Origin: Octopus sinensis
Taxonomy: Eukaryota
Direction of reading: 5' to 3'
DNA: 64,000 nt
Assembly (NCBI RefSeq): GCF_006345805.1
Contig: NC_043003.1
Coordinates: forward strand, 21,638,001-21,702,000
Shown: piece by piece, positions 1-13,264 of the stretch
How positions within the stretch are numbered: the first letter of the stretch is position 1
Layout: the number at the start of each line of letters is the position of its first letter
Notes under the pieces: model-generated
Seen by the model: the letters and a program-made list of their open reading frames with translations, nothing else
Told to the model about the DNA's origin: nothing
Database searches by the model: none
Position numbers and translations under genes: made by a program

Positions 1-591
1 CTTCAGACACCAAACACTGCTGGCCTGAGACCTCTTTAAACTATGAAAGGGGAAATTCCTGTTTTTAAGTGTAAAACACTAGGTGATTGTCTCCCTTTGC
101 CATTGTCCATCAATCTTCAGCCGCACTGCCATCTTGCGGTCACCAAAGCACCACAAAGATAAACGATTGTCTCCTTTCGACCTTGGCTATTGGTTTCTGG
201 TTGTGGTGCCGCCATGCAGATTTCAAAAAGCCAGCAGAAATTTTCTAAAATGCAAAAATCTGTATATCTATATATAAATATAGTAGTTGCAGTTCCAGTG
301 ATGGCAATATTATCACTTAACTATTATGAATATGTCAAACTAGTACTAGGAATGAGTTTGACAGTTATGGATTTCTGAAGATTTGAAAATGCAATTGGAT
401 TATAAAATTCATATTATGTAACTAATATTCATTCCTTGTTAATGAAACGCGCGTAAGATGATGTAACTAAATAAACTCTCCTGTTTTCTTATATATATGT
501 ACATGTGGGTGGGTGTTTATACACACACTCACATACACACATCTACATACATATAGAATATGGTTTTAACTGTTTTATCTTTTTAACACAG

Positions 592-823
592 AGTTCCAGA
601 TACCACAACATTTGAAGCTTGGATTGGATCCTTCTCTATTGAACGAAATAGAACCATTAACTTCAAAGCAACCTCATAAGATAAAGGGGACCTCTGAAGA
701 AGCCAGCCAAGCTCTTATGGACATGTTTGGGTCTGTGGATATTCCTGAGCTTTTGGATAACTTAAAACAATCACAGAATATGCATGAACAAGCCGATATC
801 ATTCATTACATGTATCTGGCAAA
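592..823 (+). CDS. PHKA: Phosphorylase kinase regulatory subunit alpha, internal exon (FQIPQHLKLG...QNMHEQADIIHYMYLAK)
   Basis: Acceptor ttttaacacag at 591 and donor AA|gtaagt at 824. The peptide resembles vertebrate PHKA 'SSLQEQADILYMLYTMK'. Phase 1 in, phase 2 out, matching the next exon. Confidence 0.9.
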
Positions 824-1769
824 GTAAGTATGTTTCATCTTTTATTTATTACTTTTTTCAGTTACTGGACTGTGGCCATGCTGGGGTACATCCTTGGAGG
901 GTTTTAGATGAATAGATCGATCCCAGTACTTAATTTCTAAAAATCTGGTGCTTTTTCTATTAGTCTCTTACCAACCACATGGTTCTGGGTTCAGTCCCAC
1001 TGCTTGGTACCTTGGGCAAGTGTCTTCTACTATAGCCTCGGGCTGACCAAAGCCTTGTGAGTGGATTTGGTAGATGGAAACTGAAAGAAGCCCGTCATAT
1101 ATATGTATATATATATATGTGTGTGTGTGTGTGTATATGTTTGTGTGTCTGTGTTTGTCCCTCCAACATCGCTTGACAACCGATGGTGGTGTATTTATGT
1201 CCCCATAACTTAGCGGTTTGGCAAAAGAGACCGATAGAATAAGTACTAGGCTTACAAAGAATAAGTCCTAGGGTCGATTTGCTCAACTAAAGGTGGTGCT
1301 CCAGCATGGCCACAGTCAAATGACTGAAACAAGTAAAAGGAGTAAAAAAAAAAGAGTAAAACCAACACCAGTTATCAAGTGGTGATGGAGGTGTCAAACA
1401 CAGCCCAAAGACACATACACACATATATATATGATGGGCTTTTACACAGTTTCTATCTACAAAATTCAATAAAAAAGCATTATTTGTCCCAGGGCTATAA
1501 TAGCGGACACTTGCTTGAAACCTGAAACCAGTTACCAAGTAAGCTTTTTAACCACATAGATATTTTTTAATATTATGTACCCTTTTTTTTTATTTGTTTT
1601 AGTCATTGGACTTCAGCCATTCTGTGACACTACCTTGTTGGGGTTAGTCAGTGAAATTCACCCCAGAACTTATTTTTGAGTCCAGTGCTTATTCTATCAA
1701 TATCTTTTTACCCTACAACTACATACACATGTGCATCCGGGCACACGCACCATGCACGTGCACACATGG

Positions 1770-1801
<32 letters not shown>

Positions 1802-3085
1802 GAAAATGAAAATGCATTTTCCTTTTTACCTTGTAGTTGATTACTTCCAAAGTATATTATTAGAGTCAAAGCATTTCAAAATGCAAAATATGCATTGAAT
1901 AACAAATCATCACAATGAGATTATTTCAAAATACATTAGTACATATTCTGAAATATCATATTAAAAATACATTACTACAATCAAATCATTTCAAGAATAT
2001 GGAATCCAAAATACATTTTTATGTTCAGAATACATTGTTAAACATTCCAAAATCCATAATTACAAAATTACATAAATTTTTCAAAGTACATAATTAGAAA
2101 CCGGTTTCATTTCTTACATAAGATATTCATTGCTATGTATATGTGTAAAGGTTTGCTGCTGGCCTTCATTTAATATATAGCATGCCAACTGGAAGGAGCA
2201 CCATTATAAACTGACTAGGTGACAAGGAGGTTATACTGAATACTTATACTTTAGCTGACCCAGATTAAGTAGTGATGTAAACTTCTGTACTTATTTTGAA
2301 AAATGTAAGGAGAGATATATCTTATAAATATTAGAAAATGAATTAGAAAAAGGAATGAGTATTTGGTTAATGATTTAAACTTGCTTTATATTTTCATCAT
2401 CATTTAACATCTGCTTTCCATGCTAGCATGGGTTGGACGATTTGACTAAGGACTGGCGAACCAGATGGTTACACCAGGCTCCAATCTGATCTGGCAGAGT
2501 TTCTACAGCTGGATGCCGTTCCTAATGCCAACCAATCCAAGAGTGTAGTGGGTGTTTATATGTGCCACCAACAACGAGAGCCAGTCAGGCAGTACTAATA
2601 ACGGCCACGCTCAAATGGTGTTTTTTACGTGCCACCTGCACAGGAGCCAGTCCAGCAATAATAAGAAAAGTGTTTTTACCAATTCTGTGTTGTTCTGCAC
2701 ATTGACATAGTAGGAAAAGTTTAAGTTCTTGTGCAAATATCTAAATGCTCACTTGTTACTTGTGGATTATTGTTCATAGTTTCATGGGTTCAAATTCTAC
2801 TGTTACATTGTTTGGATCACAGCTATGTTTTATTTTTAAAATTTTGCCCATTCTTGAAGGGGCACTTGGAGCCTTTGGATACATTCATACAAATTTCACA
2901 ATTTGGTCTCAACATTTTTTAGGTTTTGAACAATGTTGGTAGGTAATTGGGTAGTTGTTAGCATCCATAAGAGATGTTATATCAGACAACTTATAACTTG
3001 CCTTTCAACAATGTATATACTTTTTGATACAAAGATGGCTTTTATGTTTTACATTTTAAAATCATTCATTGCATTGTTTTTTCAG

Positions 3086-3161
3086 AGGAATTAACTTTAA
3101 GGTAACCATTGGAGAGAGTCAGTGTTCAGTGAAGGATCTACTACGTGAACTATATGAAAAA
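3086..3161 (+). CDS. PHKA: PHKA exon (GINFKVTIGESQCSVKDLLRELYEK)
   Basis: Splice sites ttttttcag| and |gtaaga. Aligns by eye with PHKA 'ATVRELLTELYGK'. Phase 2 in, phase 0 out. Confidence 0.92.
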
Positions 3162-4997
3162 GTAAGAAAAACTTGTTTCTTTTTGATTTCAAATGATAAT
3201 AACCTAGTACAAAATTGTAATTCAGTGTGTGATTATAATACCCACAAATAGCCTCAGGTTGACCAGTGGCTTGTGAGCAGAAGTTTGACAGAAACTGTGT
3301 AATAGTCTGTTGTATATGGATAGATGTATGGATAGATGTCATTCAATAATGAGTATGAATGTTGCTTGTTAAGGAACTGCAAAATGAAGATAACATTTTT
3401 TAGCCCAGCTGATGATCTGCAGCCTTTACCACAAATATTGCATCAATGTCTCTTTTCAGTTAAATGCAATGCAGAATCATTACATTCGGTATTATGAACA
3501 AGCATGTGTCTTCTCAGACAGCTTATATTAATAATTGTTCTACCAGAGTTGCACATACAGTCCCTTGTTATTCTTGCTTTCAGAAAAGCAATGGACCAGT
3601 GATTGGCCTATCAGAAACCTGTAACTAGCAATAGTATTGTTTACCAAATGTGATGCAAAATAAACACATATTCCTGAATTCCAAAAGACATTCCATGTAC
3701 CAGACTTGGTAAAATTGTTGTCAGTAAAATGCCGAAAGTGATGGTAAACAAGTCATTCATATTTTCTCTAAAAGATATTACCAAACATTGTATCTAGGCC
3801 AATTATTTATACATAGCATGCCAAAGGAGACACTTCATTGGCATTGAAACGGTACTGAATGCCACGTTAGAAATAATCCAAGATGTTATTTTAAAGGCCT
3901 TCTTTAAATGCTAATCTGGTGAAAACACAGGTTTCTGCATTCCATATAAGACACAAGGCATCAAACATAAAGCTAAATATCTAATGGAAGAATGGTGGAA
4001 CCTTGCCAGAATCTTGGTGTGTTTCCAAGGTTCAAAAATGAAGACAGGAATTTAATCAACAACAATTAACATAGGCATAAGCTTAGCTGTGTGGCTAAGT
4101 AGCTCACTTTGTAACCTTGTGGTTATGGGTTCAGTCCCACTGTGTGGCACCTTGGATAAGTGTCTCCTACTTTAGTCCCAGGCTGACCAATGCATTGTGG
4201 GTAAATTTGGTAGACGGAAGCCCATTTTGTTTGTGTGTGTGTATGTCTTTGTATTTGTGTTTGTCCCCTCCACTGTTTGAAAACTGGTGATAGTTTCTTT
4301 ACATCCTCATAACTTAGCAGTTTAGCTAAAGTGACTGACAGAATAAGCACCAGACTTTAAAAAAAAAGGTAATGTGTTTATTTGTTCAACTAAACCTTTC
4401 ATGTGAGTGCCCCAGCATGGTCACAGTCCAATGACTGAAACAAGTGAAATATAAAGTAAAACATAACTCTTTCTTAACCAGACAACTGCATGGTTAAGTA
4501 GTTCCATTCTTTACCACACCAAGTGGCTTTGGGTTCAGTCTTTCTGTGTGAACACTACATCGACAACTGTCTTCTACAGTAGCATCAAATCAACCAAACC
4601 TTGTGAAAGAACTGGTTGTTAGAAACTGTATGGAAATCCTCTTTACAGATCATTCCCTATTCTCAAGTAGTCATGCTAGTCCTTGTTAGTCAGTTTGACC
4701 ATTTGACCCATTGTTCCCTTTAACAGACTATTCTGTTGCAGCAATTCAGCTGAGGTCAATGATCTCAGGATAACATAATCCTACAGAAAATGCCAGCCTT
4801 CCTTCCTTCCTACATGGAAGCCAACCTTCCTTCCTTCTTATGACTAAGCCCTTGGAAGTAATAATAATAAAGATAAAAATCCTGTTTCAGTTTCTATAAT
4901 TATTCTTCGTCAGCCTCAATGGAATACAACTGATTTGTATTTTGGTTTGTGTTTATCACCTATTTAATATGATGTTTTTATTTCTTTTCTGTTTCAG

Positions 4998-5075
4998 GCG
5001 GGTTACTGGAAGCAGTGGTGGCTGGTGAGACATACTGCTGGCATGTTGAAGAAGAGGATTGAAGATCTTGCTCTG
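4998..5075 (+). CDS. PHKA: PHKA exon (AGYWKQWWLVRHTAGMLKKRIEDLAL)
   Basis: Splice sites gtttcag| and |gtaact, 26 codons. Resembles PHKA '[26 protein letters not shown]'. Confidence 0.95.
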
Positions 5076-5224
5076 GTAACTATTCTTTTTCCAATATCTA
5101 TAAACATTCTAAAACTATCATGAAGTACAAGGAATACATGATGTTTATGAATGCACATATATACATTGAAGATCTGAGCCTGAACATGATTGCAGTCAAA
5201 TGTATGGAACCAGTAAAACTATCC

Positions 5225-6310
5225 TACTACAGACCAGGTTTGTAGTAAGGGTGGATGCTCTGAGAGTGTAGCTGCTAGAGAAAGAATAACCTGGGAAAAG
5301 TTCAGGGAGCTCCTACCTCTGCTGGCAACTAAGGGCCTCTCATTCTTGATGAAAGGTAGACTGTATGATGCATGTGTGTGAACTGCCATGCTACATGGCA
5401 GTGAAACATGGACCATGACTGCTGAGGACATGCGTAGGCTTGAAAGAAATAAAGCTAGTATGATCCGCTGGATGTGTAATGCCAGTGTGCATACACAACA
5501 GATTGTAAGCATGCTGAGAAAAATGTTGGACATAAGAAGCCTCAAATGACTGCTGGTATGGTCATGTGTTATGTATGGATGAGGAGAGCTGTGTGAGGAA
5601 ATGCCATATCCTAACTGTAAAAGGAACCTCTGGAAGAGGTAGGCCCAGGAAGACATGGAATGAGATGGTGAAGCATGACCTTTGAACGTTGGGCCTCACA
5701 GAGGCAATGACAGGAGACCGAGAACTTTGGAGATATGCTGTGACTGAGAAGACCCAACAACTAAAGTGAGATCATAGGCATGGCCAATGCCAGTGTTGCA
5801 TGTCTGGCCCATTTTAAAAGTACCCTTGATGCATTGGACAATATGATATGCTTGAAAAGACCTGGTGAGTCAAGTAAAACCAAAATCATAGCCATGGCCA
5901 GTGCCACGTGACTGGCTTCTGCACCAGTGGCATATAAGACACACTATCTGAACATGGTCAATGCCAGGTTCACCTGACTGGCTCCCATGCTGGTGGCACA
6001 TAAAAACCTCCATCTGAACGTGGTTGATGCCAGTGCCCCCTGACTGGCTCCTGTGCCAGTGGTACATAAAAAGCACCATCCAAATATGATTGATGCCAGG
6101 GCTGCCAGACTGGCTCATGTGCCGGTGGCACATAAAAAGCACCCACTACACTCTTGGAGTGGTTGGCATTAGGAAGGGCATCCAGCTGTAGAAACATTGC
6201 CAGATCAGATTGGAGCCTGGTGCAGCCCACTGGCTTTCCAGATCAGTCAAACCGTCCAACCCATGCCAGCATGGAAAACAGATGTTAAATAATGATGATT
6301 ATTATTATTC
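5225..6310 (+). mobile_element. 5'-truncated RTE-clade LINE: RT C-terminal region, 3' UTR with ~54-bp tandem repeats, (GAT/TAT)n tail
   Basis: Reads KGRLYDACV*TAMLHGSETWTMTAEDMRRLERNKASMIRWMCN with stops. Continues into repeat units and the tail ...aacccatgccagcatggaaaacagatgttaaataatgatg. Confidence 0.8.
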
Positions 6311-7081
6311 AACATAAATTCCTTTATGGATATTTTTTGAATAGTTTTTTGGATAGTTTTACTGGTTCCATGCATATATATTACACTAATACACCTTCTT
6401 GTTGTCTTCATCTATAAGCCTGTCTTCATCTATAAATTTGACAGTCATGGTTTGAATGCTTTTAACCTTATTACTATATTTCTTTTCACCTAATCAGAAC
6501 TGATCTGAGTCTAAATAATTCATCCCACTTTTTCTCATGCTAAGAAGCTGTCCAATTCAGCTCTAAATTATATTATTATTAATGATAATAATAAATAAAT
6601 AAATAATATCAAAAAAGGTGTGGCTTTGCAACTGCATGGCATCTTGGGCAAGTATCTTCAGTTAAGTTTCAGGCTGACCAATGCCTTGTAAATGAATTTA
6701 GTAGATGGAAACTGTGTGAAAGCTCATTGTATGTGTGTGTTTATGCTTGTCCCCCACCACTGCTTGACAACCAGTGTTGGTTTGTTTATATCCCTTTAAC
6801 TTAGCAATTTGGCAATGTGACTAGAATAAATACCAGACTTACAGTACAAGAATTGATATGTTTGGCTAAACCCTTCAAGGCAGAGCCCAAGCATGGCCAC
6901 GGTCTAATGACTGAAATGAGTGAAAGCAAAATATTTAGGGATTCTCATTCCCATCTTTTCTTAGTCTTCTTTGTCTACATAGAGTATCTATTGATATTTC
7001 ACTAATTCCCATTTGCAATAAATCACAATGTCCATGTTGTATTGTTCTATTTGTTAAAAACTGCCTCTGCTCTGTTTGTAG

Positions 7082-7158
7082 GCTGCCACAGATCTTTTGG
7101 TACGTCAGAAGCAGTTGTCTGTGGGTCTTCCTCCCGACCGAGAGAAGATCATCACCAG
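7082..7158 (+). CDS. PHKA: PHKA exon (AATDLLVRQKQLSVGLPPDREKIITS)
   Basis: Splice sites ttgtag| and |gtatgt. Matches PHKA '[26 protein letters not shown]'. Phase 0 in, phase 2 out. Confidence 0.96.
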
Positions 7159-7498
7159 GTATGTTCCAACAAGGTCATCTTTGTCTTTCGTCCTTCTAGA
7201 TCGAGTAAATAAAATACCAGTGAGGCACTAGGGGTCAATATAGTCAATTAATTCCCTCTCCTCAAAATTGTTGGCCATCTGTCTGATTAAGAAACAACTT
7301 TTATAGTTTAAATTGAAATTTGTGTTTGGATGTTGAGTTTTGGCTTTGTGTAGTCACATTGAATATTGTACCCCGAGATACACTGTCTATAAAAACAAAA
7401 AGCATAAACACAATGGACACAGCTGGAATGCTTTTAATGATAGTCTTATTCTGTCAAATGATGGCATTAGAAAGGGCATCCAGCCCTAGAAACCAAGC

Positions 7499-7501
7499 CT
7501 T

Positions 7502-7590
<89 letters not shown>
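7499..7590. repeat. (CT)n microsatellite
   Basis: About 45 CT units read directly from the sequence. Confidence 0.97.
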
Positions 7591-7593
<3 letters not shown>

Positions 7594-7610
7594 ATCCTTA
7601 CTTGATAGTA

Positions 7611-7897
7611 AACAATTGCAGCGTGGAAGGTGTTTATAAGCCATTTAAGAAACACACAAAAACTGTTATATTCACTTCAACATTTAAATTTAATTTGCCA
7701 AAATATTTTTGCCACTTTGAGGCTGTGACATGTTCACTGATTAAATTCCATGTTGCGCGGAATTTTGTCAGTGGACAGGTTGCAGTCTCAAAGCGATGAA
7801 AATATTTTGGCAAATTAAATTCAAATGTTGAAGTGAATCTAACGGTTTTTGTGTGTTTCTTAAATCGCTTATAAACACCTTCCACGCTGCAATTGTT
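7611..7897. repeat. ~287-bp fold-back palindrome (MITE-like)
   Basis: aacaattgcagcgtggaaggtgtttataag... pairs with ...cttataaacaccttccacgctgcaattgtt. The ~100-bp outer arms are near perfect. Confidence 0.9.
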
Positions 7898-7985
7898 TTT
7901 GTTCTAGCACACGATCTCAGATCAGGTCACTTGCTATGCAAGTACATTTCCGTAATTACTTGATAGTCTTTTGTTTCTATTTCAG

Positions 7986-8064
7986 TCCCTTGCCACCAGA
8001 TGAACTTTCTGAAATGATATATGAATCTTGTGGAGAAGATCTGAGTACTGCTGCTTTGACACAG
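7986..8064 (+). CDS. PHKA: PHKA exon (PLPPDELSEMIYESCGEDLSTAALTQ)
   Basis: Splice sites atttcag| and |gtcagt. Matches '[26 protein letters not shown]'. Phase 2 in, phase 0 out. Confidence 0.96.
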
Positions 8065-9539
8065 GTCAGTTTTTTGTTTGTTTCTATTTTTGTTGAGGAG
8101 TGGGGGGACTTTTTTCTTTTTTCCTATTTTTTTATCAAATTATATGCAGGTATGGCTGTGTGATTAAGAAGCTTGCTTCCCAACCACATGGTTTCAAGTT
8201 CGGGCCCACACTGCATGCTACCTTAGGCAAGTGTTTTCTACCATAACCTCAGGCTGACCAAAGCCTTTTGAGTAGTGAATCTCATAGGCAGAAACTGAAA
8301 TAAGTTTTTGTGTGTGCATGTGTGTATCTAATTGTAATGGCATCACATGGAAATTTTTCCAATAATTGTCACTGTTCCCCCGGTTAGGGGGAAATATTAC
8401 TTTGCTTGGAAACAAGGGAGGACATCCAGAAAATCTGCCTCAATAAACTTCAAGTGACCCATGCAAGCCTGGAAAAGTGGACATTAAAACAATGATGATG
8501 ATGATGGGTGTTATCCAATGCATCTATCCTTTTTGTTTCAAATGACAGGGTGTTTTGAGGTAGCTTAACTGCTATTTCTTACAGTTTGGACAGTTGCATA
8601 GAGGCTCCTTTGTTGTTCCATGTTTAAAATTAAACACTGAACACAAATTCCTATAGCAATGCTAGAACTTTTGACCATTAGGTCTGTAAATTGACAGTTT
8701 AATTGAAATGTGCGGAATTCTTATGGCTTTGCTTGAAATTTCGGAATTCTCGCTTCACCATGGCATATGAAATTAGCCAAATTTACAAATGTTACTAAAT
8801 TACTTGTGCCAACTTGGACCCAATGGTGCTTCTACATGGTTGCACACCTTGCTAGAACTAGCAGTCAGATCTACCTCACATCACACCCAACTGTCTTTAC
8901 AAAAAGGGAACATTAGATAATAAGCACCCACTACACTCTCAGAGTGGTTGGCATTAGGAAGGGAATCCAGCTGTAGAAACTCTGCCAGATCAGATTGGAG
9001 CCTGGTGCAGCCATCTGGTTCGCCAGTTCTCAGTCAAATCGTCCAACCCATGCTAGCATGGAAAGCGGATGTTAAACAATGATGATGATCTCAGAAAAAG
9101 ACAGGACAATTGTTGCTGGAATGTCTTTGAGCATAAGTTTCTCAACTAGCCCTTTCCCACTAAAATTTCTAACCTTGTGCCAAAATTTGAAACAGGTACC
9201 AAGCTGGCAGACCTGTTAGCATGCCAGACAAAATGTTTAGTTGCATTTCTTCTGGCATTATGTTCTGAGTTCAAATTCCACTGAAGTTGACTTTACTTTT
9301 TATCCTGCTGGGGTCGATAAAATAAGTACCAGTTGAGTACTGGGGTTAATGTAATTGACTAGCTCCCATCCCTGAAATTGCCAGTCTTGTGCCAAAATTT
9401 GAAACCATTATTATTATTGTTGATGGGGGCAATAATCAACAATAAATGGTGGTTCACCCTGAAAAGGGTGATGAGAATAGAATTGATAAGGTTTAGCAAA
9501 AGGACTAGCAGTAGAAAGAAACAGAGTAGAAGCAGGGCT

Positions 9540-10050
9540 GGTCAAAAAGTTAGATGAGGCTTTTAGAAAAGGTATCACAACCAATGTGCTCACAACGAGA
9601 TTGGCACTTGAGCAATTCTTCAATGCAAAACACAAAGGTTGCATTGTCAGAGCTAAAGCATGAACACTTAGACACGGAGGAATGAAAGCCTGAGTGGCAG
9701 AGGCATGGTGTGGCAATAAATCTACGATCCAGTCCTTGTCAGACCACAACAGGCAAGTTATAACTGATCTGAGACAGATGTGTGCAGTCTTTCAGCGACG
9801 CTCTGCACAACTGTTCCGTATCAGCAGTGAGCTGGGTCACAGGATGGATTTCATGTCCTACCTCAAGCGGCTCTTGGCAACGGGAGTGGAGTGCTGCAAA
9901 GGACCAATAACAGCCTTTGAAATACTGTAAGCAATGGCTAGCTGCACAAGGGGTAAATTGCCTGGTTTGGCTGATCTGCCCTACAAGCTCTACGCTTACA
10001 TGCCAGACTTATTCGATGACCTCTTAGCAAATGTTTACGGCAAATGTTTA
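9540..10050 (+). mobile_element. Degraded L1/Tx1-like LINE ORF2 fragment (between endonuclease and RT)
   Basis: Reads KGCIVRAK...KGPITAFEIL*AMASCTRGKLPGLADLPYKLY, a decayed form of the GKSPGxDGLPxExY motif. Confidence 0.7.
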
Positions 10051-10266
10051 CTGTAACCAGACTCTGCCTAGCTAAAACGGGCTGTATAGGACTTTATGAG
10101 GCAATGTTTTAATGTTAGATTGCCTGTGAACCCCCTTTTACTAACTTCTTACAACTCATAGGGGTACAGTGTACCTATTCTAAAAATTGTGTTTCATATA
10201 GAAATATTTAATCTTTGAAATAAATAGGAAATTTATAATTCTAATTGATTTTTTTGTTTTCTCCAG

Positions 10267-10396
10267 GAATTGTTAATGTATTTGGCTATGTTTATCCGCA
10301 CTGAGCCGCAGCTTTTCAAAGAAATGTTACGTCTCCGTGTGGGGCTTATCATCCAGGTGATGGCCTCAGAATTGGCCAGGACTCTCAAATGTACAG
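10267..10396 (+). CDS. PHKA: PHKA exon ([43 protein letters not shown])
   Basis: Splice sites ttttctccag| and |gtacgc. Strongly resembles '[43 protein letters not shown]'. Confidence 0.97.
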
Positions 10397-10431
10397 GTAC
10401 GCACAGAAAATTGTTTTGATTTCTCAAAAAA

Positions 10432-10670
10432 AGGCGCCGAGCTGGCAGAAACAGTAGCACACTGGGCGAAATGCTTAGCGGTATTTCGTCTGCCTTTACG
10501 TTCTGAGTTCAAATTCCACCGAGGTCGACTTAGCCTTTCATCCTTTCGGGGTTGATTAAATAAGTAACAATTACACACTGTGGTCGATGTAATCAACTTA
10601 ATCCCTTTGTCTGTCCTTGTTTGTCCCCTCTATGTTTAGCTCCTTGTGGGCAGTAAAGAAATAAGAATCA
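10432..10670 (+). mobile_element. tRNA-derived SINE family B (aaggcggcgagctggcagaa...gagttcaaattcc...gcctttcatcctttcgggg...)
   Basis: B-box gagttcaaattcc. More than 15 copies in the window, e.g. 22845-23040, 28048-28270, 45686-45910, and 53570-53760(-). Confidence 0.85.
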
Positions 10671-12205
10671 TTAGTGTGTCAGACAAAATACCTTGCAGTA
10701 TTTGTTCAAGTTTTTTATGTTCTGAGTTCAAATCCTGCTGAGGTCAGCTTATATATACATGTATGTGCGTTTGTGTGTGAGAGAGAGAGAGAGTATTTTT
10801 ACAAATATTCTATGATAGTTATAAATGATCAGATTGGAGTCTGGTGCAGCCATCTGGTTCGCCAGTCCTCAGTCAAATCGTCCAACCCATGCTAGCATGG
10901 AAAGCAGACATTAAACGATGGTGATGATGATGATGATGATTATCAAGCAGTATCATTCATTTTCTGTATTCTGCAAAATCATGTTTGGTCAAAGAGAAAT
11001 ACTACCTTACTTAGAAATAGGTAAGGGTCGATGTCAAAAATGACATCCAACCATAGAAAATCTGCCTCAATAAACTCCTTCTGATCCATACAGGCATGGA
11101 AAAGTGGATGATAAAACAATAGTGATGGGTCTTGAGGAAGAAGTAATGTTCATAACCTTTTCAGGCCCTTCAAAACTAATGAGATTATTGCCTTTAATGT
11201 TCTGTTTAAATTATTGGAAGAAAGGCATGAGTAAGGAGAAGATTCCAAGGGGCCAGTGTTCAGGGGAAAATGGTCTAGATATAGTGGTTAGTGCAAAGTG
11301 GGTCCAGTAAAAACAAAATACAAAAAGCAGTACTATTAAGAAATATGACAAAAGAGAAGATAACCATGTAGATGGGGTTTATTTTTTTTTCATTGCTTTT
11401 GTGATTCCTCTAATGTTGAAATTGTTATATTTTCATCAACTTTTAACCCTTTGAACCTGAAGTGTACTTTAGCAGACAGAATTTCGTTTGGCTAACCTCT
11501 GGAAAATTGAAGGCAGGTGGCCTAGTGGTTCGAGTGTTGCCCTCACAGTCATAAGACCATGGTTTCTGTTCCCTGACTGGATTAGGCAGTGCATTGGCTT
11601 CTTGAGCAAGACACTTCGTTTCCCATTGCTCCAGTCCAATCAATTGCAAATGAGCTCCAACAAGAGCTGGAAAGTTAACCCTGCAACAGACCAATGTCCC
11701 ATTCAGGGGCAGGGAAGTGTTGTAATCTCAGTCACTCAATCGCATATACACCATGGTAACTGGGTCATGGCCCGGCCTTATGAGTCTTAAGGCTCACAAT
11801 AAACCCTATACTTCTGAAAAACATAAAAGTGGGCAGCCACATGACATTGTGTTTGCAACTGAAAACAATTCTGTTTCTGCCAATCATACGCAATCATGCC
11901 TGCTAAATCATACTCATGGGTACAAAGGATCGTTAACCCTTAAGCATTTAGATTATTCTGTCAAATGTAATGCTTATTCATTCACATTGATTTGAATTAA
12001 TCATGCATTGTCTCTTAGCTTTGATATTTCAATGATGTGATTGTTTATTTTTAGAATGACATTCTGGGGTAGGTGTGAGAGGTCAGATCTGGCTGGTTTG
12101 GACATAAAGCAGGTAGAAATTTTGGGGCTGGATATGGCTGGTTCAAATGCTTAAAGGTTAATGAATAAATTCCATATTGACTTGGATTTTTTGTTTGTAT
12201 TGAAG

Positions 12206-12304
12206 GAGAAGAAGCTTCTGATCACCTGTTGAATTTGAGTCCATTTGAAATGAAAACACTTCTTCATCATATTCTTAGTGGGAAAGAATTTGTAATTAGC
12301 GCAG
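12206..12304 (+). CDS. PHKA: PHKA exon ([33 protein letters not shown])
   Basis: Acceptor tgaag| and donor G|gtgagt. Contains the conserved [11 protein letters not shown] motif. Phase 1 in, phase 1 out. Confidence 0.97.
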
Positions 12305-13098
12305 GTGAGTAAAACATTTCTTTTACAACTGTTTGTGTGTTGTTGTTGCTGTTTTTGTTGTTTTGAGCCTCAGGACAGTCCTGATTGGGCAAATCTATGA
12401 TCAATGGCATCGTAGCCATTTCTCTCCTATCATTCTTTCAGGCATTGCATATTTAAAACTACATTATCCAGTATGTCATTCCTTTTTCAAGTCAGTAGGG
12501 TGTCCTTTAAAGAAGACTTGGCTGCTTTTTCTAGCAGGCTAAAAAATCACTTAGAGAATCCCTGATCTGAAGTTGACACACTTTTAATCAGCATCTTGTA
12601 TGAGTAAGCTTGGTCCTTTGCATTATACATCCTACAGGCCAGATGCTGGCTTGGCTACAGAGGAATAATAACTGTGAAATGGTTTGATGGTGTGACATTA
12701 ATTGCAAACTATAAGTGTATGGACTGAGACTTGATGCACAAGTAACACTGAAGAGGCAGAAAATAATGTGCAATGGTTCTATTTAATGTGTCTGTGGATC
12801 CTGTATTGACTGTGTAATACACTACAGTTCAAAGTATGTTGTTATAAATGGCTTACTGTAAAGTAAGCCATTAGAATCATGTGAGTATATATATATATTT
12901 ATATATTTGTATACATATATGTGTGATGTGTGTGCATGCATGATGTTTGGTCTTTTGTATTTCATCAAATAGTAGTTTCATGTTAATTACTTCTATTATT
13001 GGTTAAGAATAAATTATTCACCTGATTAATTGAATAATTAATCTTTGAATTACCAGAATAATAACCAGCAGCTACAAAAACAAAACTATATATATATA

Positions 13099-13153
<55 letters not shown>

Positions 13154-13264
13154 GTGATTTGGCTGTAGTGTAGAATTTATTTGAAAACCAAGTCTATCTT
13201 TAATCATCATTCTCAGCTGTTATCTGCTTATTATGAGATGAAGACCTCTTCAACCTCACAGGCT

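Noticed and set aside
1-280. Relatively GC-rich unique sequence that might be an upstream PHKA exon (e.g. 49-82 ending ctag|gtgatt, or ORF 83-277)
   Set aside because: No convincing acceptor-donor pair with recognisable PHKA similarity, and it is truncated by the window edge. It cannot be supported, though not excluded.
5219-5656. 145-aa minus-strand ORF
   Set aside because: Antisense shadow of the RTE LINE coding fragment on the plus strand.
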